From an uncultured Barnesiella sp. (lineage in GTDB: Bacteria > Bacteroidota > Bacteroidia > Bacteroidales > Barnesiellaceae): a DNA stretch of 64,000 nt. Shown here in pieces: positions 20,104 to 30,727 of this stretch (position 1 is the stretch's first letter; the number at the start of each line of letters is the position of its first letter). The position numbers were made by a program, and so were the translations under genes. The stretch spans positions 54,225-118,224 of the forward strand of contig CABRIW010000008.1 of the NCBI GenBank assembly GCA_902471075.1, read 5' to 3'. Under the pieces are notes generated by a model that searched no databases, had not been told where the DNA came from, and was given only the letters and a program-made list of their open reading frames with translations.

Positions 20104-21429
20104 TTATTTGTTTTCGAAAAGATACTGGCTGAGCGATCGCAGCGCTTTCACCTTGTCTTGCCTGCGAACCAGGAAAGAGATGTTGTAGTTGCTGCCACCG
20201 TAGGAAATCATGCGCACCGGTATATCTTTCAAGGCCTGAACGGTTGCCGACTCGAATCCTACGTTGTTCCACTCCAGATCGCCTACAACACAGATAATCA
20301 CCATGTCTTCGTCGACCGTAACCGTACCGAACTTGCGCAGATCGTCGAGAATCTCCTGCAAGTGTTTCGTGTTGTCGATGGTCAGCGATACCCCTACTTC
20401 CGACGTGGTAACCATATCGATAGAGGTCTGGTAGCTCTCGAATATCTCGAACACCTTCCGCAGGAAACCGTAAGCCAGCAGCATGCGGCCCGATTTAATC
20501 TTGATGGCCGTGATGTTCTCTTTGGCGGCGATGGCCTTGATTTGACCGTTGGAGGTTTCGTGATTGTCGCAAATCAAGGTACCGGGAGCGTCGGGCTGCA
20601 TCGTGTTGAGCAACCGTACCGGTATATTGTTCAACTTGGCCGGGAGCACGCAGGTGGGGTGCAGAATCTTGGCACCGAAATAGGCCAGTTCGGCAGCCTC
20701 CTCGAATTGCAGGTGACGAACCGGTTTCGTATTTTCCACGAAACGGGGGTCGTTGTTGTGCATGCCGTCTATGTCGGTCCAGATCTGTATCTCCTCGGCA
20801 TTGATAGCCGCGCCTACCAGCGATGCCGAATAGTCGCTGCCCCCGCGCTGCAGGTTGTCAATCTCGCCATAGGCGTTCCGGCAGATGTATCCTTGAGTGA
20901 TATAGATTTCGGCATCGGCGTTCTCCTGCAGCAAGGCCGTAAGTTTGGTTTTGATAAACTGGTTGTCGGGTTCCGAATTTTTATCGGTACGCATATAGTC
21001 GAGAGCCGGGATAAGAACCGACTTCACCCCTTGTTCCAACAGGTAGTTGTGCATCATGGCCGTCGACATCAATTCGCCCTGAGCCAAAATGACCTTCTCT
21101 TCAAACAGCGTGAAGAGGTCTTTGGTAAACGAGCGTATGTGGTCGAAGCAACCCTTCACCACATCGAGAGCCTTTTGCTTATATTCGTCGGTGCTGTACA
21201 GTTCATCGATGACTTTGATGTACTTTCGTTCAAGACTTCCAATCGTTTCCCGGGCTCCGTCGGTATTCTTCTTGTACAGATAATCCGATATTTCCACCAG
21301 GGTGTTCGTTGTTCCGGCCATGGCCGACAACACTACGATTTTTTGATTCCCGTCACAAATTAATTTGGCAACATCTTTCATACATTGGGCGCTACCAACA
21401 GAAGTTCCACCAAATTTGAGTACTTTCAT
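20104..21429 (-). CDS. lysC: Aspartate kinase
   Basis: Track ORF extends to 21630. Real start is MKVLKFGGTSVG (ATG at 21429). Amino-acid kinase domain plus ACT domains. Confidence 0.93.
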   Translation of the reverse strand: MKVLKFGGTSVGSAQCMKDVAKLICDGNQKIVVLSAMAGTTNTLVEISDYLYKKNTDGARETIGSLERKYIKVIDELYSTDEYKQKALDVVKGCFDHIRSFTKDLFTLFEEKVILAQGELMSTAMMHNYLLEQGVKSVLIPALDYMRTDKNSEPDNQFIKTKLTALLQENADAEIYITQGYICRNAYGEIDNLQRGGSDYSASLVGAAINAEEIQIWTDIDGMHNNDPRFVENTKPVRHLQFEEAAELAYFGAKILHPTCVLPAKLNNIPVRLLNTMQPDAPGTLICDNHETSNGQIKAIAAKENITAIKIKSGRMLLAYGFLRKVFEIFESYQTSIDMVTTSEVGVSLTIDNTKHLQEILDDLRKFGTVTVDEDMVIICVVGDLEWNNVGFESATVQALKDIPVRMISYGGSNYNISFLVRRQDKVKALRSLSQYLFENK

Positions 21430-21521
21430 TTCTATTCTACTTGTTTTAATATGTAAATGTATACTTATCGCTGGGCAAAAATAGACTTTTTTCGCCGGAT
21501 TATCAACTATTCGGGGGCAAA

Positions 21522-22193
21522 TTAAACTTCGACAAGACGCTTGTCTTCGCATTTCAGGATACGCCCGGGGAACTCCTCGACCAGATTCAGGTTGTGAGTC
21601 GTCATAATCACGGCCGTTCCCGTCTCGCAAATGCGGTGAAGCAACGAGACAATCTGCTGCCCGGTCTGGGGGTCGAGGTTACCGGTGGGCTCGTCGGCCA
21701 GAATAATCTTGGGCGAGTTCAACAAAGCCCGTGCGATGACGATACGCTGCTGTTCGCCACCCGACAGCTCGTGCGGCATCTTGTACGACTTCTTGCGCAT
21801 CCCCACCTGGTCGAGCACCTCGGCTACCCGGGCATCAATCTCCTCTTTATCCTTCCAGCCGGTAGCCTTCAGTACAAAAGCCAGATTCTCGTAGACCGAG
21901 CGGTCGGTAAGCAGTTGGAAATCCTGGAAGACTATACCCAGTTTCCGGCGCAACAGGGGTATCTCCTTGTTGCGGATATAGCGCACGTCGAAGTCGAGCA
22001 CCGAAGCCTCGCCTTCGCTGATGGGCAGATCGGCATACATGGTCTTCAACAGCGAACTCTTACCGCTACCCACGCGTCCGATGAAATAGACAAACTCGCC
22101 ACTGTACAACTCGAAGTCTACATGATCGAGTATGGTCAACTCCTCCCGGCAAATCTGCACATCGGTATATTTGACAAGCAATTTCTTTTCCAT
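21522..22193 (-). CDS. ftsE: Cell-division ABC transporter ATP-binding protein FtsE
   Basis: 223 aa. Walker [19 protein letters not shown] signature, FtsE-like length. No ftsX is adjacent. Confidence 0.85.
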   Translation of the reverse strand: MEKKLLVKYTDVQICREELTILDHVDFELYSGEFVYFIGRVGSGKSSLLKTMYADLPISEGEASVLDFDVRYIRNKEIPLLRRKLGIVFQDFQLLTDRSVYENLAFVLKATGWKDKEEIDARVAEVLDQVGMRKKSYKMPHELSGGEQQRIVIARALLNSPKIILADEPTGNLDPQTGQQIVSLLHRICETGTAVIMTTHNLNLVEEFPGRILKCEDKRLVEV

Positions 22194-22199
22194 AATGTT

Positions 22200-22808
22200 T
22201 TATTTATGCCTCTTTTTTAATTCACGAGCTAAATCTTCTATACGATACCCCTTCGAGGTAAGCAATACAATCAGGTGATACAACAGGTCCGAAGCCTCGT
22301 AGATGAGCCGTTCGTCGCTCCCGTTGGTGGCCTCGATGACCGTCTCTACCGCCTCCTCGCCTACCTTTTGAGCCATGCGGTTGACTCCCGAGTTGAAGAG
22401 CGAGGTGGTATACGACCCCTCGGGCATCTCGGCCTTGCGCTGTTCGATGAAGTCTTGCAGGTAGGTGATAAAGGCCATATCGTCGCGGTTGGTCTCGCCG
22501 AAACAGGTATCGGCTCCCGTGTGGCACACCGGCCCGCAGGGGTGGGCCTTGATCAGCAACGTGTCGTTGTCGCAATCCTTCCGTATCGATTTCACCAGCA
22601 GAAAGTGGCCGCTCTCCTCACCTTTGGTCCACAGCCGGCCTTTGGTACGGCTGAAAAAGGTTACCCGCCCCGTATCGATGGTTTTACGCACCGCCTCGGG
22701 ATTCATAAAGCCGAGCATGAGCACCTTTTGTGTCACGTCGTCCTGGACGATAGCCGGCACCAGGCCGCCCATCTTGTCGAAATCCAGTTGCATTATCGCT
22801 TCGTTCAT
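22200..22808 (-). CDS. hisIE: Bifunctional phosphoribosyl-AMP cyclohydrolase / phosphoribosyl-ATP pyrophosphatase
   Basis: 202 aa. HisI motif (CDNDTLLIKAHPCGPVCH) plus the C-terminal HisE domain. Confidence 0.93.
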   Translation of the reverse strand: MNEAIMQLDFDKMGGLVPAIVQDDVTQKVLMLGFMNPEAVRKTIDTGRVTFFSRTKGRLWTKGEESGHFLLVKSIRKDCDNDTLLIKAHPCGPVCHTGADTCFGETNRDDMAFITYLQDFIEQRKAEMPEGSYTTSLFNSGVNRMAQKVGEEAVETVIEATNGSDERLIYEASDLLYHLIVLLTSKGYRIEDLARELKKRHK

Positions 22809-22812
22809 ATCG

Positions 22813-23568
22813 TCATAATCTTATGGGAATGCCACATCCCGATAAATATTTTTTCAGTTCCGGGATGGCAATCTCCCCGAAATGGAATACGCCGGCAGCC
22901 AGTGCGGCATCGGCCTCGCCCTCCACAAAAGCCTCCTTGAAGTGGGCCATCGTCCCCGCTCCGCCCGAGGCAATCACCGGTACAGGCAACTGTCGGTGCA
23001 ACTCGCGCAAGGCATCGCAGGCATAGCCGCCGTGTGTGCCGTCGTGAGCGATACTGGTAAACAGTATCTCGCCCGCACCCCGGTCGGCCGCTTCGGCAGC
23101 CCATTCGAAGAGCGTGCGACGGGTCGGTACACGACCACCGTTCAGGTAGCATATCCAATTTCCGTCCTCAAAGTTAGCATCTATTGCGATAACACATACT
23201 TGTGAACCGAAATTTTTTGCAACCTCTTCGATAATTTGGGGATTTTTCAAGGCTGCAGAGTTGAGCGACACCTTGTCGGCCCCCGCATTCAGCAACCGGT
23301 CCACATCGGCCAGCGAGTGAATGCCACCCCCTACCGTAAACGGTATGTCGATACGGGCCGCGATACGTTTGACCAGGTCGGTAAAGGTGGCACGCTCCTC
23401 GTACGAAGCCGTAATGTCGAGGTAGACCAACTCGTCGGCTCCCTGCCGGCTGTAATACTCGCCCAACTCGACCGGGTCTCCGGCCTCTCTGAAGTTCACG
23501 AAACGGGTTCCCTTCACAGTCATACCCTCTTTTACGTCGAGGCAAGGTATAATTCGTTTTGCCAACAT
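22813..23568 (-). CDS. hisF: Imidazole glycerol phosphate synthase cyclase subunit
   Basis: 251 aa, MLAKRIIPCLDVK... HisF TIM barrel. Confidence 0.95.
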   Translation of the reverse strand: MLAKRIIPCLDVKEGMTVKGTRFVNFREAGDPVELGEYYSRQGADELVYLDITASYEERATFTDLVKRIAARIDIPFTVGGGIHSLADVDRLLNAGADKVSLNSAALKNPQIIEEVAKNFGSQVCVIAIDANFEDGNWICYLNGGRVPTRRTLFEWAAEAADRGAGEILFTSIAHDGTHGGYACDALRELHRQLPVPVIASGGAGTMAHFKEAFVEGEADAALAAGVFHFGEIAIPELKKYLSGCGIPIRL

Positions 23569-23574
23569 GATACG

Positions 23575-24306
23575 TCAGTTGTTATGTGTGATGAATCGGG
23601 CTATTTCGTCGAGCGAAATGTGCCCTTCGTAAATGGCTTTTCCCAAAATGACGGCCGGAACACCCAGCGACTGCAGCGCCTCGATGTCGGCCCACGAACC
23701 CACGCCGCCGCTGGCAATCAGGTAAATGCCCGGCAACTCGGCCAGCATCTTGCGATACAGCTCTACGGAACACCCCTGCAACATGCCGTCGCGGGCAATG
23801 TCGGTCGTGATCACCTGCTCGATGCCTGCCTGCATGTAGTCGCGCACAAAGGGTATCAACTCCACATCCGAGTCGTCGAGCCAGCCGCCGGTCGAGATTT
23901 TCCCGTCCCGCACGTCGGCTCCCAGGATGATGCGCTCTTTGCCATACCGCTCGACCCACCCGACAAACCGGTCGCGGTCGCGCACGGCTATGCTGCCGCC
24001 CGTCACCAGATGGGCCCCGCTTTCAAAGGCGATATGCAGGTCTTCGTCGCTTTTCACACCGCCCCCGAAGTCGATTGTCAGACTCGTGTGACCGGCAATC
24101 TGTTCAAGCACCTTGTAGTTGACCACGTGGCTGGCCTTGGCCCCATCCAGGTCGACCAGGTGCAGACGGCTCACCCCGCTGTCTTCAAACGCCTTGGCCA
24201 CCTCGAGCGGATGCTCGTTGTAGACCTGCTGCCGGGTATAATCGCCCTGCGACAACCGCACGCAGCGCCCCCCGATAATATCTATGGCCGGAATTAACTG
24301 AATCAT
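23575..24306 (-). CDS. hisA: ProFAR isomerase
   Basis: 243 aa, MIQLIPAIDIIGGRCVRL... HisA. Confidence 0.95.
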   Translation of the reverse strand: MIQLIPAIDIIGGRCVRLSQGDYTRQQVYNEHPLEVAKAFEDSGVSRLHLVDLDGAKASHVVNYKVLEQIAGHTSLTIDFGGGVKSDEDLHIAFESGAHLVTGGSIAVRDRDRFVGWVERYGKERIILGADVRDGKISTGGWLDDSDVELIPFVRDYMQAGIEQVITTDIARDGMLQGCSVELYRKMLAELPGIYLIASGGVGSWADIEALQSLGVPAVILGKAIYEGHISLDEIARFITHNN

Positions 24307-24893
24307 AGGGCCAGAAAGTTTTCAAGAATGCGCACTCCCACTGCCCCACTCTTCTCGACATGGAACTGGGTGGCATAGAAATTATTCTTGTTCATAGCCG
24401 CACAAAACGGGTTTATATAGTCACACGCCGCTATGCAATCGGTCGAAACCGGGGCGTAGTAGCTGTGCACGAAATAGGCATAACTGCCCTCGTCGATACC
24501 CTTGAACAGAGGCCCGCGCAAGCCATGCAAAGTATTCCACCCCATGTGGGGCACCTTTTGCTCACTGCTCTGCGGGACAAAGCGTCGCACCTCGGCATCG
24601 AAGAGGCCGAGACAATCGACATCGCCCTCCTCGGAGTGCGAGCAGAGCAGTTGCATGCCTATGCAGATAGCCAGCACCGGCTGGGTGAGACCCACAATCA
24701 CCCGGTCGAGGCCATGCTCTCGCAAATACGACATGGCCGACGAAGCCTCTCCCACCCCGGGGAACAACACCTTATCGGCATGCGAGAGCACCTCGGGCGA
24801 ATCGCTCACCACCGGGTCGAGACCCAGGCGGCGCAAAGCGCACACAACCGAATAAATATTCCCGGCATTGTATTTTACAATGGCGACCTCCAT
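24303..24893 (-). CDS. hisH: Imidazole glycerol phosphate synthase glutaminase subunit
   Basis: 196 aa. Class I glutamine amidotransferase, catalytic Cys in ICIGMQLL. Overlaps hisA by 4 nt. Confidence 0.95.
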   Translation of the reverse strand: MEVAIVKYNAGNIYSVVCALRRLGLDPVVSDSPEVLSHADKVLFPGVGEASSAMSYLREHGLDRVIVGLTQPVLAICIGMQLLCSHSEEGDVDCLGLFDAEVRRFVPQSSEQKVPHMGWNTLHGLRGPLFKGIDEGSYAYFVHSYYAPVSTDCIAACDYINPFCAAMNKNNFYATQFHVEKSGAVGVRILENFLAL

Positions 24894-25108
24894 AGAACTG
24901 TTATTTTGCTACGTTTAAGTCTGCAAATATAGACATTTATCTATGGTTTCAAAACAATTTATTGACAGAATAATTCATTTTATCAAAATCACATATTCTT
25001 TTGTTACATATCTCTCGTTTTATTCCATTTTCTGAATTTTTCTTCCTCATGAATGAAAGTTTATTGTAAAAATATGTACTATCTTTACCCTCGAAAAAAA
25101 GAAGAGAT

Positions 25109-25969
25109 ATGAAGATTACCGAATACATTCGCCATTCGTCGGTGGGCATGAAACTCATCGTGTTGCTGGTTTTGATTTTGTGCGGCGTTTTTGTCATTGC
25201 CATACCCATGCTTTTCGTGCGGGGTGAATATGCCCTGTTGATTGGCATGTATCTGCAAAACATAGGCATGTTTATCTTGCCGGCCTTGTTTGCCGCCATG
25301 CTCTTTTGGGGCGATGCCAGTCAGGGTCTGCACTTGAACAAGGCACCCCGCCTGGTCGAGTTGCTGTGTATCGTGGTGCTCTATTTCGTGGCCACCCCCA
25401 TGTTCAACCTGCTAGTAGAGTGGAACGAGTCTATCAGTCTGCCCGCCGCTTTCAGCGGCATCGAGGCGTGGATGCGACAACAGGAGGAGGCGGCTGCCGC
25501 AGTGACCGAACAGATGTTGCAAATCAAATCGTTTGCCCATTTCCTGGCCGTAGTGTTGGGTATAGGATTACTCACCGGCATGGGCGAAGAGATGGTTTTC
25601 AGGGGGGTACTCCAGCAAGTGGTACAGGGCAAAAGTCGCCGGGCTCACTGGGCCATCTGGACCTGCGCTTTCCTGTTCAGTGCCATACACCTGCAATTCT
25701 ACGGATTCTTCCCCCGGTTGCTGCTGGGTGCGTTTTTCGGTTATCTGCTTGTGTGGAGCCGCAACCTGTGGCTGCCCATCTTCGGACATTTCCTTAACAA
25801 CAGCATGGTGGTCTGCATCGCCTACGTTACCGGCAACGCATCGGACAATACGCTGGAAGCACTGGGCACGGCACAGTCGTCCACGGGGTGGCTGGCCTGG
25901 GTAAGTCTCGCAGCCACCGCCCTCCTGCTCTATCTCTTTTACAAGAAAGTATTCGCGGCCAATCGCTAG
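25109..25969 (+). CDS. CPBP-family intramembrane glutamic endopeptidase (CAAX protease-like)
   Basis: 286 aa, polytopic. Motif 1 EEMVFRG, motif 2 FxxxH (FSAIH), motif 3 HFLNN. Confidence 0.85.
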   Translation: MKITEYIRHSSVGMKLIVLLVLILCGVFVIAIPMLFVRGEYALLIGMYLQNIGMFILPALFAAMLFWGDASQGLHLNKAPRLVELLCIVVLYFVATPMFNLLVEWNESISLPAAFSGIEAWMRQQEEAAAAVTEQMLQIKSFAHFLAVVLGIGLLTGMGEEMVFRGVLQQVVQGKSRRAHWAIWTCAFLFSAIHLQFYGFFPRLLLGAFFGYLLVWSRNLWLPIFGHFLNNSMVVCIAYVTGNASDNTLEALGTAQSSTGWLAWVSLAATALLLYLFYKKVFAANR

Positions 25970-25970
25970 G

Positions 25971-26810
25971 TTAAAGGAACTTCTTCCGATGGAAGATAAA
26001 GTTACGGCCTAAGTATTTCTCGCGCACGATAGGATTCTCGGCCAGCTCCTCCGAGGTCCCCTGGAAGAGGATTTTCCCCTCGAACAGCAGGTAGGCGCGG
26101 TCGGTGATACTCAAGGTCTCGGGCGCGTTGTGGTCGGTAATGAGGATACCGATATTCTTCTCTTTCAGCTTGTAGACAATCGACTGAATATCTTCCACGG
26201 CAATGGGATCGACACCGGCAAAGGGTTCGTCGAGCATAATGAACTTGGGGCTGATGGCCAGACAGCGGGCTATCTCGGTACGCCGCCGCTCGCCACCCGA
26301 CAGTTGGTCGCCCAGGTTCTTGCGCACCTTTTGCAGACGAAATTCGGCAATGAGGCTCTCCAGCTTCTCGCGCTGGTACTCCTTCGACGTGGGAGTCATC
26401 TCGAGCACACAGCGTATGTTGTCCTCGACCGACAGCTTGCGGAATACCGAAGCCTCCTGTGCCAGATAGCCGATACCGATTTGTGCCCGCTTGTAGACGG
26501 GATAGTCGGTAATATCGAGGTCGTTGAGATAAATATGTCCCTGATTGGGCGTAATCAAACCCGTAGTCATGTAGAAAGTGGTCGTCTTACCGGCACCGTT
26601 CGGGCCCAGCAGACCTACGATTTCGCCCTGTGTCACATCAATCGACACATGGTTGACCACCGTACGCTGGCGATACTTCTTCACCAAGTCCTCGGTACGC
26701 AGCACCATGTTGTTGCCCGTGAGTTCCGAGGCCGGCTGTTGTACTTCGGCCGTCGCCTTGGGGGCGGCATCGGCAGCTTCGGCCCGATGTTTGAATAGTT
26801 TGGAGAACAT
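25971..26810 (-). CDS. lptB: LPS export ABC transporter ATP-binding protein LptB (possible N-terminal extension; an alternative start is MVLRTEDL)
   Basis: Walker [10 protein letters not shown], signature LSGGERRR, and the LptB-type C-terminus. 279 aa from the first ATG. Confidence 0.88.
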   Translation of the reverse strand: MFSKLFKHRAEAADAAPKATAEVQQPASELTGNNMVLRTEDLVKKYRQRTVVNHVSIDVTQGEIVGLLGPNGAGKTTTFYMTTGLITPNQGHIYLNDLDITDYPVYKRAQIGIGYLAQEASVFRKLSVEDNIRCVLEMTPTSKEYQREKLESLIAEFRLQKVRKNLGDQLSGGERRRTEIARCLAISPKFIMLDEPFAGVDPIAVEDIQSIVYKLKEKNIGILITDHNAPETLSITDRAYLLFEGKILFQGTSEELAENPIVREKYLGRNFIFHRKKFL

Positions 26811-27029
26811 ATTTTATCTATTAGCGTTTTACTCAACAAGAGAGAGGCGTATGTCATCTGTCGACCGCATACAGTCCTTCCCTATCTCGTGCAAAGATAC
26901 GGAAATAGAGACATTCACACGCCACTTTTACAAAATAAAATAATGCCGGACTCATTTCAAGGGGGAAAGAATGGAGGTACATCAATCTTTTTCACTACTT
27001 TTGTTCCTTGATATTCCAAAACAACGGAT

Positions 27030-27776
27030 ATGATTATAGACGATTCACTACGAAAATTCGGGGATTACGTCCTGCTGATGAGGCGGGTCTTCACCCGGCC
27101 CGACCGCTGGCGGGAGTTTTTCAAACGATACATTGCCGAAATCTACAAACTGGGCATCGACTCCATTCCCATCGTCATCACCATCTCGGTCTTCATCGGT
27201 GCGGTTATCGCCATTCAGATGCAGAAGAACGTAGTGTCGCCCCTCATACCGGCATACGCCGTGGGGCTGGCTACCCGCGACGTGATTTTGCTGGAGTTCT
27301 CCTCTTCGATACTCTGCTTGATTCTGGCCGGCAAGGTGGGCTCGAACATTGCTTCAGAGATAGGCACCATGCAGGTAACCGAGCAGATCGACGCTCTCGA
27401 AATCATGGGTGTCAACTCGGCCAACCTGCTCATCCTGCCCAAGATTGCCGCCATGGTTTCGTTCATCCCGGTGCTGGTCGTGTTCAGTATGGCCAGCGGT
27501 ATCGTGGGCGGCTACCTCATAGCCCAGTTTACCGACATCATTTCGGTCTCGAAATACATCTACGGTCTGCAAAGTTTCTTTGTCGAATACTACATTTGGC
27601 AAGCCATATTCAAAGCCCTCTTCTTTGCCTTTGTCATCAGTAGCGTAGCCTCGTATTACGGCTACCGGGTCAAAGGCGGTGCCTTGCAGGTGGGACAGGC
27701 CAGTACCGATTCGGTTGTGGTCAGCAGCGTAATCGTGTTGCTCCTCGATGTAGTGCTCACTCAAATCTTGTTCTGA
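27030..27776 (+). CDS. mlaE: MlaE-family ABC transporter permease
   Basis: 248 aa, 5 transmembrane helices, conserved MlaE/TTG2B permease region. Confidence 0.88.
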   Translation: MIIDDSLRKFGDYVLLMRRVFTRPDRWREFFKRYIAEIYKLGIDSIPIVITISVFIGAVIAIQMQKNVVSPLIPAYAVGLATRDVILLEFSSSILCLILAGKVGSNIASEIGTMQVTEQIDALEIMGVNSANLLILPKIAAMVSFIPVLVVFSMASGIVGGYLIAQFTDIISVSKYIYGLQSFFVEYYIWQAIFKALFFAFVISSVASYYGYRVKGGALQVGQASTDSVVVSSVIVLLLDVVLTQILF

Positions 27777-28603
27777 TGATAACGGTAAATAACATATACA
27801 AGCAATTCGACGGGAAAGAGATTCTGCACGACGTTTCCGCCAAATTCTACTCCGGGAAAACCAATCTGATTATCGGACAGAGCGGCTCGGGTAAAACCGT
27901 ATTGATGAAATGTCTCGTAGGGCTGTTGCGTCCCGACCAGGGGAAGATTCTCTACGATGGCCGCGACGTGATGGCCATGACACCGGCCCAGACCAAAGTG
28001 CTGCGTACCGAGATAGGCATGCTGTTCCAGGGGTCGGCCCTGTTCGACTCGGAGACGGTGCTGGGAAATGTGATGTTCCCCTTGCGCATGTTCACCCGCG
28101 ACAATTATGCCACGTGCAAGAAACGGGCCGAGTTCTGCCTCGAGCGTGTAAACCTGAAAGGGGTGAACGACCTCTACCCCTCGGAGATAAGCGGCGGTAT
28201 GCAGAAACGGGTGGCCATTGCCCGGGCCATTGCGCTGAATCCCAAATACCTGTTCTGCGACGAGCCCAACTCGGGCCTCGACCCCAAGACTTCGATTCTT
28301 ATCGACGAACTGTTGAGCGACATCACCCGAGAGTACAACATGACGACCATCATCAACACCCACGACATGAACTCGGTTATCGGCATCGGCGAAAACATCG
28401 TATTCATCAACAAGGGACGTCGGGAGTGGGTCGGCAACAAAAACAAGATATTCACCTCGTCGAACGAAGCATTGAACGACTTCGTATTTGCTACCCGACT
28501 CTTCAAGGAGGTCAAGGGATATATGATCGAGGAGTATCGCAAGCAAGAGGCCGCCGAAGAGCAGTCGGCCCAAACGTCGGACCCCGACAACAAGCACCAG
28601 TAA
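27776..28603 (+). CDS. mlaF: MlaF-like ABC transporter ATP-binding protein
   Basis: 275 aa. Walker A GQSGSGKT, signature ISGGMQKR. Overlaps mlaE by 1 nt. Confidence 0.88.
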   Translation: MITVNNIYKQFDGKEILHDVSAKFYSGKTNLIIGQSGSGKTVLMKCLVGLLRPDQGKILYDGRDVMAMTPAQTKVLRTEIGMLFQGSALFDSETVLGNVMFPLRMFTRDNYATCKKRAEFCLERVNLKGVNDLYPSEISGGMQKRVAIARAIALNPKYLFCDEPNSGLDPKTSILIDELLSDITREYNMTTIINTHDMNSVIGIGENIVFINKGRREWVGNKNKIFTSSNEALNDFVFATRLFKEVKGYMIEEYRKQEAAEEQSAQTSDPDNKHQ

Positions 28604-28697
28604 AAGCCCCAACACCCCTATACGACAAGAGCGATTGCACGGCCCGGCATCCGGGCAGGCAATCGCTCTTTCGGTCAAGATAAGGGGATATGGTTGG

Positions 28698-29759
28698 TTA
28701 GTAATTCCACTGACAGGCAATCATGCGCAGGTTGCTGTCGCCCATGGTGCGCAGGTCGATAATCTGGTTGTACCGACAGTTGATATAGACCAGATTGGGA
28801 CAGAACGAAACGTCGAGCGTATTCAGCTGGTTGTTGTTGCAGATGAGCCGTTGCAGCATGGTGCGGTTGCTCAAGTCGAGATTGGTCAGGTCGTTGTACG
28901 AACAGTCGACAAAATAGAGATTGTTGCTCCCGTCGAGACTCAACGTCGTGAGGTCGTTGTACGAGCAGACCAGGTCGGACAAGGCGGTACAGTCGAGCAG
29001 CCCCAGCGTCTTCATGTTGTTGTCGCTGCAAACGAACGAGGTGAGCGAAGGCAGTTTCGAGATAACCATATTGGCAATTTCGTTGTCGTCGATATTCAAG
29101 TTCGAGAGGCTCACCGTACCGAAGAGATTCAGGCTGGTCAGTTTGTTGTATCCGCAATAGAGGTTCTTCAGGTTTTCGCAACTGTCGACCATCAACGATT
29201 CGAGATGGCACCCCTGCACATTCAGGCTTTGCAGTTGCTGGGCTCCGTTCACATTGAGTTCGACAAACAGGTTGTTCGAGCAGTTCAGATTCTTCAATCC
29301 CGGCAACTCCGCGAGCGACAGGTCGGTGAGTCTGTTCTTATAGCAATCGAGTTTGATCAGGGCCGGGCAGTTGTCGATATTCAACGACGAGAGTTTGTTG
29401 CGGCTTACGTTCAAGGTGTTAAGTGCCGTACAGCCCGACACCTCGATGCCGGTAAGCTGGTTGCGCGAGCAATCGACCTTTTGCAGGGCGGTAAAGCCGG
29501 CCAGGTCGAGTTCTCCGGCCAGATTCTTGTCCGACCACTCAATCGAAATCGCCCGACCTCCGCTCCAGGTCACCCCTTTCCAGGTAGCCGGGTTGTTGAT
29601 ATTGGTGATTTCCAAGCGCACATAATTGGCATCGCCTTTGGCCGAGGTCTGCTGCAAGAAACTCTGCAGTTGTTTTACCTCCTTTTGATTGATTTTTTGA
29701 GCGAATAGCAGTCCCGCGCTTCCCAGCACGACGACCAACATAACGAAAACTCTTTTCAT
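28698..29759 (-). CDS. Secreted leucine-rich-repeat protein
   Basis: 353 aa with signal peptide MKRVFVMLVVVLGSAGLLFAQ. At least 10 tandem LRRs of about 22 aa (LxxLxCxxNxLTxLDxSxC...). Confidence 0.8.
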   Translation of the reverse strand: MKRVFVMLVVVLGSAGLLFAQKINQKEVKQLQSFLQQTSAKGDANYVRLEITNINNPATWKGVTWSGGRAISIEWSDKNLAGELDLAGFTALQKVDCSRNQLTGIEVSGCTALNTLNVSRNKLSSLNIDNCPALIKLDCYKNRLTDLSLAELPGLKNLNCSNNLFVELNVNGAQQLQSLNVQGCHLESLMVDSCENLKNLYCGYNKLTSLNLFGTVSLSNLNIDDNEIANMVISKLPSLTSFVCSDNNMKTLGLLDCTALSDLVCSYNDLTTLSLDGSNNLYFVDCSYNDLTNLDLSNRTMLQRLICNNNQLNTLDVSFCPNLVYINCRYNQIIDLRTMGDSNLRMIACQWNY

Positions 29760-29887
29760 AACTGTTTTTATTGTTTAGTACTTGTTCAAGTTGTAGGGCC
29801 TCCACAAAGGAAACTTTACAACTCTTAAACAACAGTTGTAGAAAAAAGTTCTTTTAACTTGTCGAAAGATAATGGAACCGATACGAA

Positions 29888-30727
29888 TCAGGCCTTGCGT
29901 ATCTCCTGTTCGTCGATGACGATGCGGCGGGCCTTGTAGAGAGCTCCTATCGCCTTCTTGAAACTCTTCTTGCTGCACTGGAAGTAGCGGGCTATCTCCT
30001 CGGCCGGCGATTTGTCGGAGAGGGGCAGACGGCCGCCGGCTTCGTCCAACCGCTTCAAAATGGTTTCGCTCAACGGGTCTATGCGCTGCTCATAACCGGT
30101 CGGTTGCAGCGACACGTCTATTCGCTCGTCGTCGCGCACCTGCTTGATGTAGGCTTGCAGATGTTCGCCGATGGCAACGGGGCGGAAAATCTCGTTGTGA
30201 TAGATTACACCCCAATGCAGGTTGTTGATGATGACCTTGTAGCCGAGTTGGGTCTCTTGCACCACCAGAATCTCGACCGGCTGGTTGGGGGTATACTCGG
30301 GCGGGACATTATCGAGAAACTTGTCGAGTTTGGCCGATGCGACAATGCGGCCGGTAGCAAAGTCGAGATAGACATACACGATATAATATCTGTCGGGCTG
30401 CATCTCGCCATGCTGTTCGCGAAACGGCACCAGCAGGTCTTTGGCTTCTACTCCCCAATCGAGAAAGGCACCCACCTTCGTGACCGACTTTACCTGCAAA
30501 CGGGCAAACTGCCCCACCTGCACGTACGGCTTACGGGTAGTCGCAATCAGGCGGTCTTCCGAGTCGTAATAGACAAAGACCGACAACTCGTCGCCCTCGG
30601 CACACGGCTGTTCGGGGAGGAATTTGCGGGGTAACAGGATTTCGCCTTTCTCGCCTCCGTCGAGATAGACACCAAAATCGACCGTCTTAACGACCTTGAG
30701 CGTATTGAATTTTCCGATTTGTAACAT
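29888..30727 (-). CDS. S1 RNA-binding domain protein, CvfB/YitL family
   Basis: Track ORF extends to 30880. Conserved family start is MLQIGKFNTLKVVK (ATG at 30727). Tandem S1-like domains plus a C-terminal winged helix. Confidence 0.78.
   Translation of the reverse strand: MLQIGKFNTLKVVKTVDFGVYLDGGEKGEILLPRKFLPEQPCAEGDELSVFVYYDSEDRLIATTRKPYVQVGQFARLQVKSVTKVGAFLDWGVEAKDLLVPFREQHGEMQPDRYYIVYVYLDFATGRIVASAKLDKFLDNVPPEYTPNQPVEILVVQETQLGYKVIINNLHWGVIYHNEIFRPVAIGEHLQAYIKQVRDDERIDVSLQPTGYEQRIDPLSETILKRLDEAGGRLPLSDKSPAEEIARYFQCSKKSFKKAIGALYKARRIVIDEQEIRKA

Noticed and set aside
20158-21363. 401-aa plus-strand ORF
   Set aside because: Shadow of lysC.
24949-25299. 116-aa minus-strand ORF in the hisH/CPBP divergent spacer
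   Set aside because: AT-rich low-complexity translation lying across the promoter region. It overlaps the well-supported CPBP gene start.
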